A DNA stretch of 64,000 bases from Armatimonadota bacterium (GTDB lineage: Bacteria > Armatimonadota > HRBIN16): the NCBI GenBank assembly GCA_963677485.1, contig OY781964.1:3584001-3648000 (forward strand), given 5' to 3'. Position 1 is the stretch's first letter. Each line of letters begins with the position of its first letter. The translations under genes were made by a program, and so were the position numbers. The notes under the pieces were generated by a model. That model worked only from the letters and a program-made list of their open reading frames with translations, was not told the origin of the DNA and searched no databases. This document shows positions 62,818-64,000 of this stretch, piece by piece.

Positions 62818-63993
62818 CTATTTGATGCGGTCGCCAAGATAGACGATAGACAACAATGCACTAAGCACGGTGCCGATGGGCTGCCATGCGGCGGATGGTC
62901 CACGGCTTTCGCCGACTACGATCTTATCGTTGGCCTCGATGAGGATATCATCGGCCTCGCCTTTTTCCAGCTTAGTGAAGTCCACCTTGATGAGGGTTGG
63001 CTTTTCGCTGCCCTTCACCTGGCGCAGCACCTTGATATCGCGTTTTTTGGCTGTTTCGATCTTAAACCCGCCGGCGGCGCTGATGGCCTCGGATAGGCGC
63101 ATGCGGCCCATCAACGGCAATGTGCCGGGTTTTGCGACTCCACCCATCACTGAGAAGTAGGTCGGGTCTATCATCACCGGCACCAGGATTCGGTCATTGG
63201 GCTTCAGCATTACTTGCTTGAAGGCGTCGCTGCTCATTGCATCAGTGTAGGAAACGAGCACTTCCTCATTACTGCCTTCACTGCGAATGGAAACGCGTGT
63301 GGTATCAGCTTCTACGCTGATGCCGCCGGCAGCAGCTATAGCTTCACGCAGGTTCCCGCCTGTCTGAAGCTCGTATGCTCCAGCCTTCACCACGGCACCC
63401 ACCACATACACGCTCATCGTCTGTTTCGCACTGACTGTTACCAGGTCGCCCGGCTTGACTTCTTCACGGGCTGCCGGGTCGGCCTTCTTCAGCATCTCTT
63501 CCAGGTTCACACTGGTCTCTATGGTTGCTCCTGCTTTTCGCAGCAGCACACGGGTGAGGTCTGCATTATCAAGCGGCTCAGCGGCTTGGACGACCTCAAG
63601 TAAATAGGCTGGCACATCAGGGCGAAGAGGGGTCTTGCCTGGCTTTTTGACGGCACCCATCACTGTGACGAACCGCTCTGCGCGTTCGATAATGACGATG
63701 GTGACCTGAGGGTCGATGTAGTATTTCTTCAGAAGAGCCGTGATCTTGTTGGCGGCCTCTTGTTCACTCAAACCTAGCACATTCACAACATTGATCAATG
63801 GCAGCTTGATATTACCTGCATCGTCAACTTGCTGTTTGCCACCCATTTCTTCATCTGTGCCTAGTATCGTCACTTGAATCTGGTCGCGTGTTCCAATGAT
63901 TACAGGATCAGTGGAGGTTTGCGCGGATGCTGGTAATGAGAAACAAGCGATGACGGCACATAACGCACCTAACAGGAATCGGACGGTTTTCAT
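62818..63993 (-). CDS. Polysaccharide export (Wza-like) protein with three SLBB domains
   Basis: Signal peptide; G.I.LPLI...V.GL, V.V.GAV.KPG and AI.AAGG repeats. Confidence 0.88.
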   Translation of the reverse strand: MKTVRFLLGALCAVIACFSLPASAQTSTDPVIIGTRDQIQVTILGTDEEMGGKQQVDDAGNIKLPLINVVNVLGLSEQEAANKITALLKKYYIDPQVTIVIIERAERFVTVMGAVKKPGKTPLRPDVPAYLLEVVQAAEPLDNADLTRVLLRKAGATIETSVNLEEMLKKADPAAREEVKPGDLVTVSAKQTMSVYVVGAVVKAGAYELQTGGNLREAIAAAGGISVEADTTRVSIRSEGSNEEVLVSYTDAMSSDAFKQVMLKPNDRILVPVMIDPTYFSVMGGVAKPGTLPLMGRMRLSEAISAAGGFKIETAKKRDIKVLRQVKGSEKPTLIKVDFTKLEKGEADDILIEANDKIVVGESRGPSAAWQPIGTVLSALLSIVYLGDRIK

Positions 63994-64000
63994 CTACAGG

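Overview
Bacterial chromosomal window, GC-rich, probably from an Armatimonadota-like anaerobe or facultative anaerobe (inference from gene style only). The housekeeping backbone is groES-groEL with a CIRCE operator, ubiX, htrA, ligA-recQ, rpsO-pnp-M16 peptidase-dapB, copA, a PhoR/PhoB-like two-component pair and argG-argH. It is interleaved with many carbohydrate-active genes, including a three-paralog and a two-paralog tandem array of unassigned glycoside hydrolases. No rRNA, tRNA, CRISPR array, cas gene, integrase or transposase was seen. The most notable items are: (1) a class II Fic gene bracketed by 110-bp direct repeats built from alternating GTCGAC-core palindromes; (2) an 8-gene ArsR-TusA-MvhD-like-HdrA-HdrA-small protein-QmoC-like-DsrE2 operon with no HdrB or AprAB in the window, a candidate membrane-bound sulfane-sulfur redox system; (3) mosaic intergenic repeats made of 8-, 9- and 10-bp-period modules plus several REP/REPIN-like families; (4) a giant MerR regulator with a 19-bp-spacer promoter and an internal RBS+ATG; (5) three genes broken by single-base lesions, which may be pseudogenes or assembly errors. 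All domain calls come from motif recognition by eye, not database searches.
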